Shown here: positions 24,493 through 36,919 of the stretch, one piece after another
Layout of the letters: the number at the start of each line of letters is the position of its first letter
Numbering within the stretch: position 1 is the first letter of the stretch
From: the human T2T-CHM13v2.0 reference genome, Homo sapiens
Assembly: GCF_009914755.1 (NCBI RefSeq)
Contig: NC_060925.1
Length of the DNA: 64,000 nucleotides
Reading direction: 5' to 3' (one strand)
Notes under the pieces: generated by a model
What the model was told of the DNA's origin: nothing
The model's database searches: none
The model's input: the letters and a program-made list of their open reading frames with translations, nothing else
Program-made: the position numbers and the translations under genes

Positions 24493-25924
24493 ACCAATAA
24501 GAACTATTTCTTATCTAGAGATGATGACATTCTTAGGATGTATGTGGACTGAAATTAATCGCTTATTGAAATGGCATCATATGAAACTGCCACTCCACTG
24601 CAGTTCTGAAAGTTACACCATGTAAATAATTTGTATGTCTCTTCTATAAGAAACTAATAATATCTAAACCAAAAAAGACAGAGACCAAGCAGTTTCACCT
24701 CCACAGGCCTTCTCAGAGCCTTTACAGTCGCACCTATCATGGCTCAGTCAACAGCGTTTCCTGGATGTGGCGGGAAAGGAAACAGAGCAGCTCGTGGTGA
24801 ATCCTGGGTACCCAGTGGGGCTGGGGGTGCTTGGATGCCATCTGTACTGGTGGGCCTCTGAGGGCTGCTGGGGTCTCTCCAGGTTTCCCCAGACAGAATC
24901 TGGAATGCGGGCCTGCATCAGTCTCTTTGGGTCCCCTCTGCAAGCCTCTGCCCACCTGGGGTGTCCTTCCTCTGCACTGACCCCCACCCAACCCTCCCCG
25001 GCAGCCTGAGCCTCCCTCACTCTCTTGAGCTCCAGTGGCATTGACTGAGCTTGGGTTGGGTGGTTACTGGTGCCCCTCATCATGATTTCATTATGGTATT
25101 TGGATGTTTTTCTGCATGACTAGGGGGGTATTCTGTCCTCCCAGCTGACTTGCAAGGTCCCTGGAGGCGAGGCTGGTTGTGGGGACTTCCCCTGGGTCTC
25201 ATGTAGCACTGGGCGCAGCCTGGACACACTGCAGACACACCACAAGCATTTCACTGGGAAACCCACCCCCACGACCCCCTTCAAGCTGCCCTCTGCTCCT
25301 GGAGGCTGCCTCCCTCCCTTCACCCAAGTCAAGACACCCAGCTTCCCCAAACTTTCCCAGGGTCCCGCCCCCAAATTCCTGCTTGCCTCCTCCTCCTCCC
25401 TCATGAAGAACACCTGCCATCCCTTCCTCCAAGAAGTCCTCCATGATTCTCAATCCAGGCGGAAGTCATCCCCTTCTCGGGCAATGCTAGAAAAAGCTGC
25501 TTCCCCACCCCCCACGCCTCCACCACCACTACACACGCACCTGTGCCAGGCCCAAAAGCTTGGGGAAAAATGTGACAAACGGAGAGGGCTCTGGCCTGTT
25601 TTTCCGGAGCATCCTGAATCCAGGTGACCTCTTGGGACTTGCTCACTGCTGCCAACTCACCCAGGGTCTGAATCATTTTCTCTTCTTGGGTTTCAGTTTG
25701 CCTGTCTCTCCAATAGGAACAGGAGACAAGAAAACCCTCCTTCCCTGTTGTTGAAGGTGTCGCTGTCTTTGTGTCCACTGCTGGGGCAGCCGCATGGAGC
25801 GGGGTTTGCTTGGAGTCCACTCATATTAGCGCGTTTCCAGGACACCATGGCCCTGTGTGAGGTGCTCATGTTTGTGGGTATGAGGCCTTGAGGACCTGAC
25901 CCTGAGACCTGTGAATCCTGGCGA

Positions 25925-25966
25925 GTGTGTGTGTGTGTGTGTGTGTGTGTGTCTGTCTGTCTGTCT
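25925..25966. repeat. (TG)n/(TCTG)n microsatellite
   Basis: Directly visible. Confidence 0.95.
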
Positions 25967-27196
25967 TTGGGCATATGTACCCATGACTCTCGAATGGCTC
26001 AGAGCTCCCTCCTTCCCCCTCAGGTCCCGAGGGAGTTCGGCAGGCCTGGCCGTAGGGCAGGAGTCCCAGGCAGACTGGGGCCAGCTCAGCCCAGGATACA
26101 GCCTCTCCCTGCCCTTCCGCATCCCCAGCCCAGCTGCAGAATTCAGACTAAGTGAGGGAGGACTCATGTTCCCTGGGGTGAGCCACACCAGCCACATCCT
26201 CTAACGGGGTGACCAGGAGTCCCAGGGGTCAGAGGGCCCCCTCAAGGGCTGTCAGACCCCAGGGCCCTGGACCTGCTGTAGGAAAGCCCCATAAGGCCCT
26301 CCCTGCCCTCCCACAGCAGGCACAGCGGGGAACACCTCACACCCTGCCCAGAGGGACCTGGCCTTGACTCACAGCCACAAGCAAATGGAGTGAGGATCCC
26401 CTGGCGCCCCGGCTCCCCGCCCCCACCCTTGGGGCTGCTCTTCCCGCAAAATCAATCATCCTGCCACTGTTTGCGGGAAGTGGGGGCCGGCAGGAGGCCT
26501 CGCAGGGCCCTGGCTCCCTTGCAGGGTGACAGCTCTTGAGTGCTGCCCCGGCTCACTGGTGATGCTGGGGGCCTGGCAAAGCACTACCGAGAGAATCCCA
26601 TCCTGACCTCTGGACCCCTTCCCAGCTGGCCAACCAGGCCCAGGGCTGAGAGGGCGGGGTGGTGGGAGTTACCCCGGGGCTACTGCCAAGGGTGCAGCAG
26701 ACAGGGCCTTGGAGACAGAGGAGCCCCCCAGAGGCCAGGGTGGAAGGAAGTAGCAGGAGGGCGTGTGGAAGTAGCTTGAGCTGTGTTAAGTGTCTCTTCC
26801 ATCTCTTCCACAGGATGTATGACCTGATTCATTCATTCGTGGGTTCAGGGGGAGGTGACCAAAGACTTCACAGTCCTCCAGGAGCTGGAATGTTATGATG
26901 CAGGGGTCTTGACTGGCGGTGGGGGTGGGCCAGGGTGATGAGCAAGGGTCCCAAAGACTTCCTCCCTCAATTGGCCTCGGCTGCCTGGATTCCACCATAG
27001 AGAGCCATTGCCTGACCCCAGGGAGGCGGCCCTCCCGCTCTCCTTCTGTCCACATGAACATGCCCCATGGCTGGGGAACAGACCAGGAGCTGCCAGGTCT
27101 CTGGTACCCTCTGCTGCCACCATGACTCTTCGTAAAAACAATAATTGAAGCCTCACACTCAAAGAAGGCTTTAGGACATAGAAAATACCCTGTAGG

Positions 27197-27541
27197 GGGC
27201 CGGGCGCGGTGGCTCATACCTGTAATCCCAGCACTTTGGGAGGCTGAGGGGGCGGATCACTTGAGGTCAGGACTTTGAGATGAGACTTGCCAACATGGTG
27301 AAACCCTGTCTCTACTAAAAATACAAAAATTAGCCATGCGCGATGGCACACGCCTGTAATCACAGCTACTCAGGAGGCTGAGGTAGGAGAATCCCCTGAA
27401 TCCGGGAGGCAGAGGTTGCAGTGAACTGAGATCGCATCACTGCACTCCGGTCTGGGTGACAAGAGCAAGACTGTCTCAAAGAGAGAGAGAGAGAAAGGGA
27501 GGAAGGGAGGGAGGAAGGAAGAAAGGAAGGAAGGAAGGAAG
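27197..27541 (+). mobile_element. AluS with (GA)/(GGAA) purine tail
   Basis: Alu consensus followed by gagagagaga...ggaaggaagg. Confidence 0.93.
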
Positions 27542-28254
27542 GGTCCTGTGGGGGGTCAGTGGGGGAGCAGATGTAATGATTTTCACCCCATTTTGCAGAT
27601 GAGGAAACTGAGTCTTGGAGAAGTCGGGCTGCCTGAATGAATGAGCAAATGGCAACACGTTGGGGCAGTTAGAGCGCAGGGAGGAGGAGGAGGAAGAGGA
27701 GGCGCTGGGTGTGTGATGGGGATGTGGGGGTGCTGAAGTTGGGGGCAGGAGAACATCTCCCAGTTGATGTGTTCTCGTGGGAAGAGCACTGCACTGGGAG
27801 TCCTGCGGCCTGGTAGAGCCCTGGCTCCTGTACTGACACGTTGAGCAAGCCCTGCCTCTTCCCTGGGCCTCCACCTCCCCCTCTGTAAAATGGAGTTAAT
27901 AGCCCTGCCCTGCCCCGTGGGGATGTTGCAGGGAGCAAACCAGTGCTACTGGATGGGAAAGGGCTTTGGAAACCGCAGGGAACTGCCAGCGCACCAGAGT
28001 CATCTGCCCACGTCTGCCTCCCGGCCTCGCAGTCCTGGGGGAGGCAGCCCAGCTGGATCTCGGGGTCTAGAGCGTGGACCTTTGCCCAACTTTGGAGTTC
28101 CAGAGCCTAACCTCTCTGGGCTCCACTGGGCTCAGCAGCCTCCCCTCCAGGCTGTGAGCTCAGGGGACCTGGAGAGGCAGCCCGAGATCCACCCAGAGCC
28201 TCCTCCACCTTCCCCAGTACCTGGGACGGGGGTGTGTGTGGCGGGGATGGCAGG

Positions 28255-28540
28255 CCGGGCTGCCAATGTGAGTATTAGCTGGCATGAAATAATTTGATGG
28301 TGGTGATAAAGGCTGGGCTGCCCGGGGCCCCAGAGCCCCACCCAGCTCCCCCCGCCCACAATTCCGCCCCCTGCCAATAACATCGAGGCTGAGCTGTCTG
28401 GGTTCCGGCTCACCATTCTCAGGTGATGAAATCCCGGCTCAATCAGGCTGGCTAGCGCTGCAGTTACCAAATCGCTATAATTGAGATTAATTTGGGGGCT
28501 GATTGGGTCAGCCCTTGCAGGCACCCATTAATTAGTAGGG
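28255..28540. promoter_or_regulatory. CNE-like motif-dense block, candidate enhancer
   Basis: TGCCAA x2, GATAA, TAATTG, ATTAATT, CTGATTGG and CATTAATTAG in unique sequence. Confidence 0.4.
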
Positions 28541-30979
28541 GAGGCTCAAAGCCCCAACAGCTGGGCCCTGCACCCAGTGGAGCCTGAGGCCACTGTGGAG
28601 GGGGGCACTGAGAGATGCCCAGGTAGGTGTGTGTTCCAGAGGAGGGGGCAAGCTGGACAGAGCCTCACCCACCCCATGCCACTCCCGCCTCCTACCCAGT
28701 CCTAAGCTCGCTCCCACGCGCAGGAGGGGAGGGGACAGCAGAGCCTTTGACTCAGGCCCAGAGGCAGCTCTGGGTCTCTAAGGGTTAAAGGGCTCATTAC
28801 AAGGGTGGGGAGAGGTGGAGAGGGTGCTCAGGGCTCCTTGGACTTCAAACAGCTCTTGCAAAACTTCTAGATGAGTTAAGTGCAAATGAATTTGAAACAG
28901 ACAATGAAGTTCCCTTTAGAGACACCTGGGCAGAAAAATGAAGGGAAAAGCGCCTTAGGGAGAGCTCGTTTGTGGATTTTTTTTTCCTGAACCCAAAACA
29001 CACAGGGAAAAACAAACCCACCCGTCTACTCGTCTACTCCGGGTGCCAGAGGCGGGCAGGCACGCCCTGACTCAGTGCTGGGCTGGCAGCAAGTTGGGCA
29101 CACACGTGAGGCCCGGGCACACGCTGGGGAGTGGGGGGCAGCGGCACAGACGTGTGTGCAGAGCCGGAAGTTCCGGGCACACAAGTGTGGAAGTGGCACT
29201 GGTCCTGGAAAGGAGCGGAGCCCCTAGGCATGGGAGGATGAGGCGGCAGGGAGAGGGCATACGTGTGTGGGTAGCTGGAAGGAGGCCAGATGAGGGTGAG
29301 GGGGCAGGGCCCATTTGGGGTGAGGGGCAGAGCTCAGGCCCCGCCCCCCAGGGGCCCTGGCACCCTGGTCACGTGAGTGCTCCTGACCCCGGGGTGGGGC
29401 CCTCCCAATTGCCAGGTGGGTGAGGTGTCAGAGTGGGGGCCTCTGGGCCTGCCTGTCCCTCCCCACTCACCCGACTTGCTCCGGTTAATTGCCCGGTGCT
29501 TTGTTTTTTCCCTGTGAATCTCACAGAGGGACAAAAGCAAGTTCTGAGTCACCAGGAACCGCCTCCCGCTTCTGCCCACGCTGGAGCCTGGTCCCCACCC
29601 CACTCCGAGAACCCAAGGACCCCGAGGTGGTGGGGTCTGGCCCAGGTTGACTTGTGGGAGCCCTGGACCCTGCCGGGTCTGTGAGGTGTCCCCACCGCTG
29701 ACCAGCACCCCTGGGGCCCAGGCATGTGGCTTCCCTGGGGGCCCTGATGGAGCAGCCTCCTCCCTGTGGCGCATTTGCAATTCATGGCTCCAGCCGAGAT
29801 TGCATTAGGGCCTGGCTGTCACTCGTGATGAATGTCGCTTGTTTTCCAGAAAAAAACAGGCCCTGGATCCAGAGTGACAGGGCTTCAGGAGGCACCGGCC
29901 CTCCCTTCCGTGCCTGAGGACCGGGGCATGGCGGGTGTCCCCAGTGGTCTGTCAGCAGCCTCAGAACCTGACTCCTTCGGGGGCTCTTGAGGATCCCAAA
30001 TAGGAGCTCTCCCCCAATTCCAGCTCCCCAGGCCTGTCTTCCCATCCCTCAGGTTCTCCCAACAGCCCTGTGGGAGGAATGCTGCTAGAGCAGCTCCACT
30101 GGACAGATGAGCAAATTGAGGCCTGCAGGAAAAGGGAAGGTAGGCGCAAGTGCGTGGGCTGGAGGGGAACTGGAGAGGGGTCCAGGGATCTAAAAGCTCA
30201 GAGAGGTTCCTGAGGGGGAAGTCTGGGAGACAATCTTAGGGGAAGTGGATTGCAGGGGTGGGAGGTGAAGAGACTCCTTGCAGGCTCTGGCTCTCCCTAC
30301 TACATCCTGTCTGTGGGGCTGGGCGGCTACCCCGGGACCCAGGACTGCCGTCTGCCCACACCTTGCCCAAGCTCTGCACTCTCTCTTCCTGGCAACTCTT
30401 TCTGTCCAGAAGACGGGGGTCCCACAGGTCTCAGGCTCTGGGCTGTGCCTTCTGGCAGCCAGTAGCTTCCATGAAGGCAAAGGAAATGCATTCCTTCCCA
30501 TCCCAACTCTAATCAGGCCCACAACCGGGCTGGGGGGACGGGGATCTGGGGTGCGGGAATTACCTGGAGGTCTCAGCTGGGCTCCCTCCCACCTGTCCCT
30601 CCCCCTTCTCAAAGAGCTCGCGTTCCCCAGGACTTTGGGAACACAGAAGCCCAGATAGGCCTCCACTGTGGCTCAAGGGCTCACAGTGGCTCCCACTTTC
30701 CCAAATTTTACTCTGTTTCATCTCTGTTCCTGCCCTCACCATCTGGGAACCACAGCCTTGAAGAGTGGCAGACAGAAGAAAAGAATTCTATCCATGAGTG
30801 TCTTGTCAGGCCCATTCCCGGGAAAAAGAACTATGTTCACCGTGCCCCTTCACCTCCGAGATTGAAACAATTTAGGCAGGAGATGAAATGGGTCATGTGA
30901 ATCCTCTTATCACAGGTGAGGAAACTGAGGCCGGGGGTTCAGAGCAAGAGACAGAGGTTCTGTCCTCTGTTGAAAGTAG

Positions 30980-31354
<375 letters not shown>

Positions 31355-33009
31355 TAGAACAGGGTCTGGTATGGAGTAGGCATTTGCTGAATGAGCGAAT
31401 GAATGAGTAGTGGCCTTAGCAGGACACAGGAAGCTCTGGGCTGCTGGGGAGGCTGAGCCATGAAGTCTGGCACTCGGGCCCTTCATGCCCCCTCAACTGC
31501 CTCCCCCTTGGTCTGGGGATAGGCAACCTGCTGCCTGCTGACACAGTCCCATGGGTGTCCCTGTTGCAAAGCCAGCTGATGGGATGGGGGCCTCGCTTTC
31601 CCCCAGTCAGAGTCCAGGTTCCAAGGTGCCCAAAGCTCCACAGCCCCAAACCCACCCAAAGGGACCAAGGCAGTGCAGGCCAGAAGGAAAAAAATACAAA
31701 ACACCCTTCACTGGAGGTCTGGAGCCTGAGGCTGGGCCCAGATGGGCCACTGTAATCACAGCTCCTTGTGTGCCAGCACCGTGCTAGGCGGGCACTCATT
31801 GTGTCATTTCCTCCCCGTGACAGTGTGCTAAGCCGGGTGCTGTCTTCTGCTCATTATACACCTGACCACATCCCTGGAATGGCTGGGCCCCTACTGCTGT
31901 CCTTGCGCATGAAACAGCTGGGGAGCCAGCCCCTCTGGTGGCCCTCCCCTCCCCAGGTAGAGCCCCTGTCCTGTCCCGGCATTTTTGCCCAATGTGGAAA
32001 GCCTTGCCCAGAAGGCCAGGCGTCAGCTCCTGCCAGCTGCCTGCCCCATTTGTTCCAGGGCGGCCCCAGGGGCATCCTCACAGTCGTCCAACACTCAGGT
32101 TTTCCTTGGCAGCAGGGCTAGAGGAACAGCTCTGCATCCATGTCAGTGACCCCACTCCCTCTGCCGCAGCCCCAGTCCCCAGTGTCTGGAGGCCAAACGG
32201 TTTTCCAGAAGCCAACCCTGCTGAGTCCCTGACCCTTCCCTGTATGGGCAGATGTTGGTCCCATCTCCTACGATGTGAACAGCTGAACTGCACTCTGGAG
32301 CAGGCCAGAAGCCAAGGCTCAGAGGCAACATTGTCCCCACCTCCAACTGCACCTTCCAAGCGAGGCATGGAGCCAGGCAAAGAGAACACTGGCTCTAGAA
32401 TGAGCTGGGTTCAAATCCCAACACTGTCCCCTCGTAGCTGTGTGACCTTGGACAAATGGCTTCCCCACTTTGAGCCTCAGCTTTCTCATCTGTAAAATGG
32501 GCATGGCCGTGTCTCACATCACACAGCGGCTATGGGGCTCCCGGGAGCTACATGCAGGCATTGGATTCTACACACTTGGTGTGTGGGCACCATCCCTCCA
32601 GGCCCTGGTCCCCATCCACCCCTGTCATCTGTGCCTGCTGCTGTGCCACTTCTACCACCGTCTATCAGAGCCAGCTGTGCCTGCCGCCATCGGGGCACCA
32701 TGCCCAGCCCCATATACCCCGGGGGCCCTGCCACGCCCTGTCCTCCCTGCAGCCCACACCATCCAGCCTGCCTCAGGCTCCCAGATGAGAAGACTCCCGC
32801 AGCACCCCCAGGTCCCAAGGGCACCCTCTTTATCTTCACCCACGGGGGCCTTCTGCACCCCCAGGGACTCCTCACCAAGATCTGGGACCCAGGGGCCATG
32901 CCGGAAGCCCCTCTGCTCCCAGAGGGCAGCCCCCGCCCCTCCGCTACTCTGCCCGGCTGGTACCACATCCTGCCGCAGCCCTGCGTCTATTTCATCAGGC
33001 CAAGGATTG

Positions 33010-33790
33010 CTTTTTAAATAAATCTAAAAAACTCCACTTCCTCCTTGGCAAGTTCATTTTAAGTCATTTTATCTCTTTCCCCCCTATATTTTTCCCAAAT
33101 AATGTGATTAAGTGACTCAGCGCCGGCTGCCTCTGGCAGGCCTGGTCTCTAATTCAGTTTGAGGACGGCCACCTTTGACCCCACTCCACTCTGGCTAAGA
33201 GAACACTTAAGCAATATTCTGCCGCTTCCTACAGAGGGAGGCCGGGTTGGGGGGCCCTCAAGGGGTGGGGGCGGCGGGGGGCGGGGGGAAGCGAAACAAA
33301 CTTTCACATAAAATTATGGTATATGGATAATTGAGAAGTTTAAAAACATGAATCTAATTGTACAGTCCCCGGAGAAACCCATATCGAGCCACCCTATAAG
33401 AGGCCTGGAATCTCCCGATGATGATTTATTGCTAAATCCTAGTATTTTTCAATACATTATAGTTTTTAAATTGTGTTTAAATTGAGTGTAGAGGAGCAGA
33501 GGCCATTAGGAGATGCAGAAATGATGATTATATTTAAATATTCATGCACGCAGTACCTTATTATTGAATCTGAACACTAACAAAATCAATATTAAGTGCG
33601 GTTTGACATGAATTTATTTATGAATTTCGACTTTCTAAGTACTGTATTTTTTCACTCAAAAATTGTGAGTATAATGTAGTAATGATATCAAAACACGGTG
33701 TCAGGGAGCATTAGCTGGGGAGGTTATAAACCTCTGGATTAGGGGGCCCAAGATTGCCCTCAAAAGTGCTTAGTATACAAAACCCAATTC
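33010..33790. promoter_or_regulatory. Strong conserved-non-coding-type block; core ~33290-33560 is probably ultraconserved element uc.10 (CASZ1 regulatory domain)
   Basis: ~0.8 kb unique, very AT-rich, repeat-free block with TGATTTATTG (33422), TAATTG x2, CCATTAG and TGACA motifs; spacing from the HSPE1 pseudogene fits the recalled 1p36.22 layout (unverified). Confidence 0.7.
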
Positions 33791-35009
33791 TTTTTTTTTT
33801 TTTTTCCCTGTTTCCGAATCGTGCAGATCCACATACACTCCGGAGAGGGCGGGCGGGAGGATGGGGAGAGGAAGCAGGGCTGAGCTGTAGTAGCAGGCAC
33901 GGCCACAGGCACTCAGCTCCGTGGAGGCTGGGGTGCAGGGGAACCAGGGTTCTCCACCAGCCCCTCCCCTGAGTTCTATGCCCCAGAAGCAGCCCCTCTG
34001 GCCAGGGGGTCCCTGAGGATCTGGGGTTCAGACTCCCTCGAGGGACACACTGTGGGGGTGGGGAGAGCCTGGGGGTGTCTTTACATCCCAGACTGGATTC
34101 TGGAGGCAGGGTGAAAGCTGGAGGCGTCTGGCCCCAGGAAACCAAGGCAGAAGGAGGTGGGAACAAAGGCTTTGCCCCCAGATTCTGGGTCCTGGCACCA
34201 AGTGGGTGCCCAGGGCAGAAAGCTTGGGCCACCGCTTCCTGCTCAACCCTCCTGCCCCGATGCTGGCAATGATGTTGGTGACGATGAGGAGGGCATCTTT
34301 CCTTCCTCTCCCTGAGCCCACTGGGGTGGGAGGAAGGGGCCTGGTCCTCTCCATCCAAAGCTTCTCCTTCATAGTATGGCCTGGAACTCTTCCCCCACCT
34401 GCTGCCCCTGTGCCACCGCTGCCCAGGAGGCCACCAACAGCTTCAGGGTTTCCCTCCCTCCCTCCCCTCCAGAGAATCGATGTCTGTGTGCTGGCAGGGG
34501 CAGCCCCCAAGCTCGGCATAGCCACAGCCTGCGGTGGCCTCTGTGCCCCAGGAACCACCCTGCTGTGCCCAGTTCACATACACCAGGATCCACAGAGCCC
34601 CGTGTAGACAGATAGAATGACACACTCATAGACAGAGCATGGAAATGAATTAGAGGCCAGCTAGAAGGAGACTCCACTCTTCAGATGGAAAGTAATTCCT
34701 TGATAATGCAGGCTTTCTGGAAACAGGTAAACTACATTCCCCAACGGGAAAGAACTGGACATCACTGCTGGTCCCTGACTTAGGCAGATGACTCCCAGCC
34801 CACCCCACACTGTGACACAAACCTGACTCTGACCATCAGTGGCCCCAGGACACTCTAGATAGACTCATAGCCCTGCATCCATAAATCCACACCCACTGCC
34901 CAGTACTCACCACACCCTGCTTCTAGGGCACCCACCAGCACCTTAGCACACAGGCTCACACCCCAACACCCACCACTCTCCCATTCTCCCACAGAAACAG
35001 TCACACTGG

Positions 35010-35290
35010 TAGGTGTTGCCGAGCACACAAGCTAGCACACACACACAGAACCGCAATCACCTTTACACAGTCCCACACACCTCAACAACTTCTACACGGG
35101 CAGACCCTGACATGCATGCAGACACCCCAACACGTGGACACTCTGACATACACACAGGCACAGCCAACATTCACATGGCACCCCGACATAAACACGAACG
35201 CCCTCACTGACATATGGCTACCCCAACATACACACGGGCACGCCCCCACTTCCCAACACCCGGCTCAAGTGCTTAGCACGTCCACACTCG
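35010..35290. repeat. CA-rich low-complexity region
   Basis: Degenerate cacac runs. Confidence 0.7.
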
Positions 35291-35469
35291 CCCGCAGCAG
35301 GCTGGGGCCAGGTGAGCCTGGCCCTCCAGCAGCAGGAAGATGCAGCCAGGGTCGGGGGTCAAACAGCACTTAGAAGGTTTGATTCAGAATATTCATCAGT
35401 CTTTGGGGGGGAAAAGAAGAAGCCCACACATGGGGGAGGACGAGGAAAAAACCCAACCCCGACCCTAAA

Positions 35470-35745
35470 CTCTTTTCCAGTAAATCGATGTATTTTGCTA
35501 TAATTTTATTAGGAATATAAAAGGAGCGTTTTCAAAAGTGCTTAGGACGCAAAAAAAAGAGGCGGGCGATGGAAACATTAGTCTGTCTGTATTAGCAATC
35601 CCATAGTCACATTTTATTGTTACTGTCAGGATGCAAAAGCTGTGCTTAAAACAAAATAATACATAATGTATTACTGAGGCATAAACATCAGTGAGCCGCG
35701 AGCGGCCGGTGTTTTTATTTTAAAAAGAAGATGCAGAAAAAAAAA
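35470..35745. promoter_or_regulatory. AT-rich CNE-like block, candidate enhancer
   Basis: AAATCGAT (CUT-type), TTTTATT, TGTCAG and CATAAA motifs in unique AT-rich sequence. Confidence 0.5.
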
Positions 35746-36562
35746 AGTGGAGGGATAGAGAGTGGGGGGAGGGTGCGGGCAGCCTCCAGGGATCAGTCAA
35801 GCTGGGACCCCAGACCCAGAGGACTGGGGAGGCCAGAGAAGTGATGGAGGCTGACCCGTAGGGATGATTTCAACCATAGAAGAAATAATGTCACCCCTGT
35901 ATCAGTCCCCGAAAGTAGCCCCAGGCTCAGGGTCCTCCTACCTGCCAGCTCTGCCTTTGGCGCCTTAGGGTTTATAAAACTCTGGCCCCATGTCATGCCC
36001 CGACCTCGAGTCTCACCACGTGCCAGGGAAGAAGGCTGTGCGGCTCTTCTTGTCCCTGTTTTGTAGGAAAAGACACTGAGGCTCAGAGAGGGGCAGTTGT
36101 AGACTTCAGGTTGTGTTGTCAGTGAGCCGTGTATCCAGCACTCGAATCGGGGCAGAGTACTAGAGTCCCCGTTGTGTGCATTTTCTACTGTTCTGAGCTA
36201 CCCAGGTGCTTGACAGTCTCCAGGCAGGGCCCTTAGGCCCTCGGGCCCCTGAGGTGGTCTCTTTGCACCACCCTTGCCCCCTGTCGACCATTCTCCAACA
36301 TCAACAAATGTAATCTTCCAAAATGTAGACCTTGTTTCTCCCATGCTGACACCTCTAAGCCCCGTTCCCTCCTACCTAGGAGACAATTGTGGCCCTGCAG
36401 GATTCTCCTCGGTCTGGCCCTGCCTCGGGCTTGCCTCCTCCCCCATCCTCTGTGCTTGCTCACTCAGTGGGAGACCCACTGACCTTCCTACTCTTTGAGC
36501 CCACTAAGCTCATGCCTGCCTTAGGGCCAGGGCTCCTGCTGACCCCTCTGCCTAGAAAATCA

Positions 36563-36727
36563 TTTCTGGCCCTTCAGAGCAAATACTACCTCCTCCGAGA
36601 AATCCTTCCGGATCACCTAATCTAAACAAATCCTCCATCACTTTTTTCTGGCCTTTGACAGCTAATACCATCTCCTCCGAGAAGTCCTCCTGGATCACTC
36701 AATCCAAACAGACCCTCCATCACTTTT
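36563..36727. repeat. Tandem duplication, 2 x ~83 bp, within L2-like sequence
   Basis: tttctggcc...aatac..ctcctccgagaa.tcc...ggatcac..aatc.aaaca...cctccatcacttttt present twice. Confidence 0.85.
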
Positions 36728-36919
36728 TGTTTTCTCTGATCTCTCTGGTTTTCTTTTACTGGGAATATCAGGAATTTCAACAGCAGAATGTCTAGTGCCC
36801 GTTTTCCCCAAACTAAAGAGTAACCCCCGAGAAAGCATGGGCCTCACTGGTCCTGTTCACTGTGGTATCCCCAGCACCTGGCACAGGCACAGTCCGTGTG
36901 TTCCAGGGAAGGATGGATA

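Larger units (their letters stand above)
23638..24678 (+). pseudogene. HSPE1P24: HSPE1 (HSP10/Cpn10) processed pseudogene with frameshifts, deletions and a ~590-bp internal insertion
   Basis: ATG at 23666. Segments read [69 protein letters not shown] (to ~23903), then resume YFLSRDDDILRMYVD* (stop 24550-24552). Intronless, with 5' and 3' UTR remnants and an A-rich end. The HSPE1 family call is secure; the 'P24' number is from recalled locus context. Confidence 0.9.

Noticed and set aside
23906-24494. Insert as a retained HSPE1 intron (it lies near the last exon junction)
   Set aside because: No GT...AG boundaries; flanked by a duplicated target sequence; consists of Alu, A-tract and LTR pieces.
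31938-34607. Several 130-215 aa ORFs flanking the conserved block as coding exons
   Set aside because: Overlapping on both strands, no coherent splice structure, no recognisable protein family.
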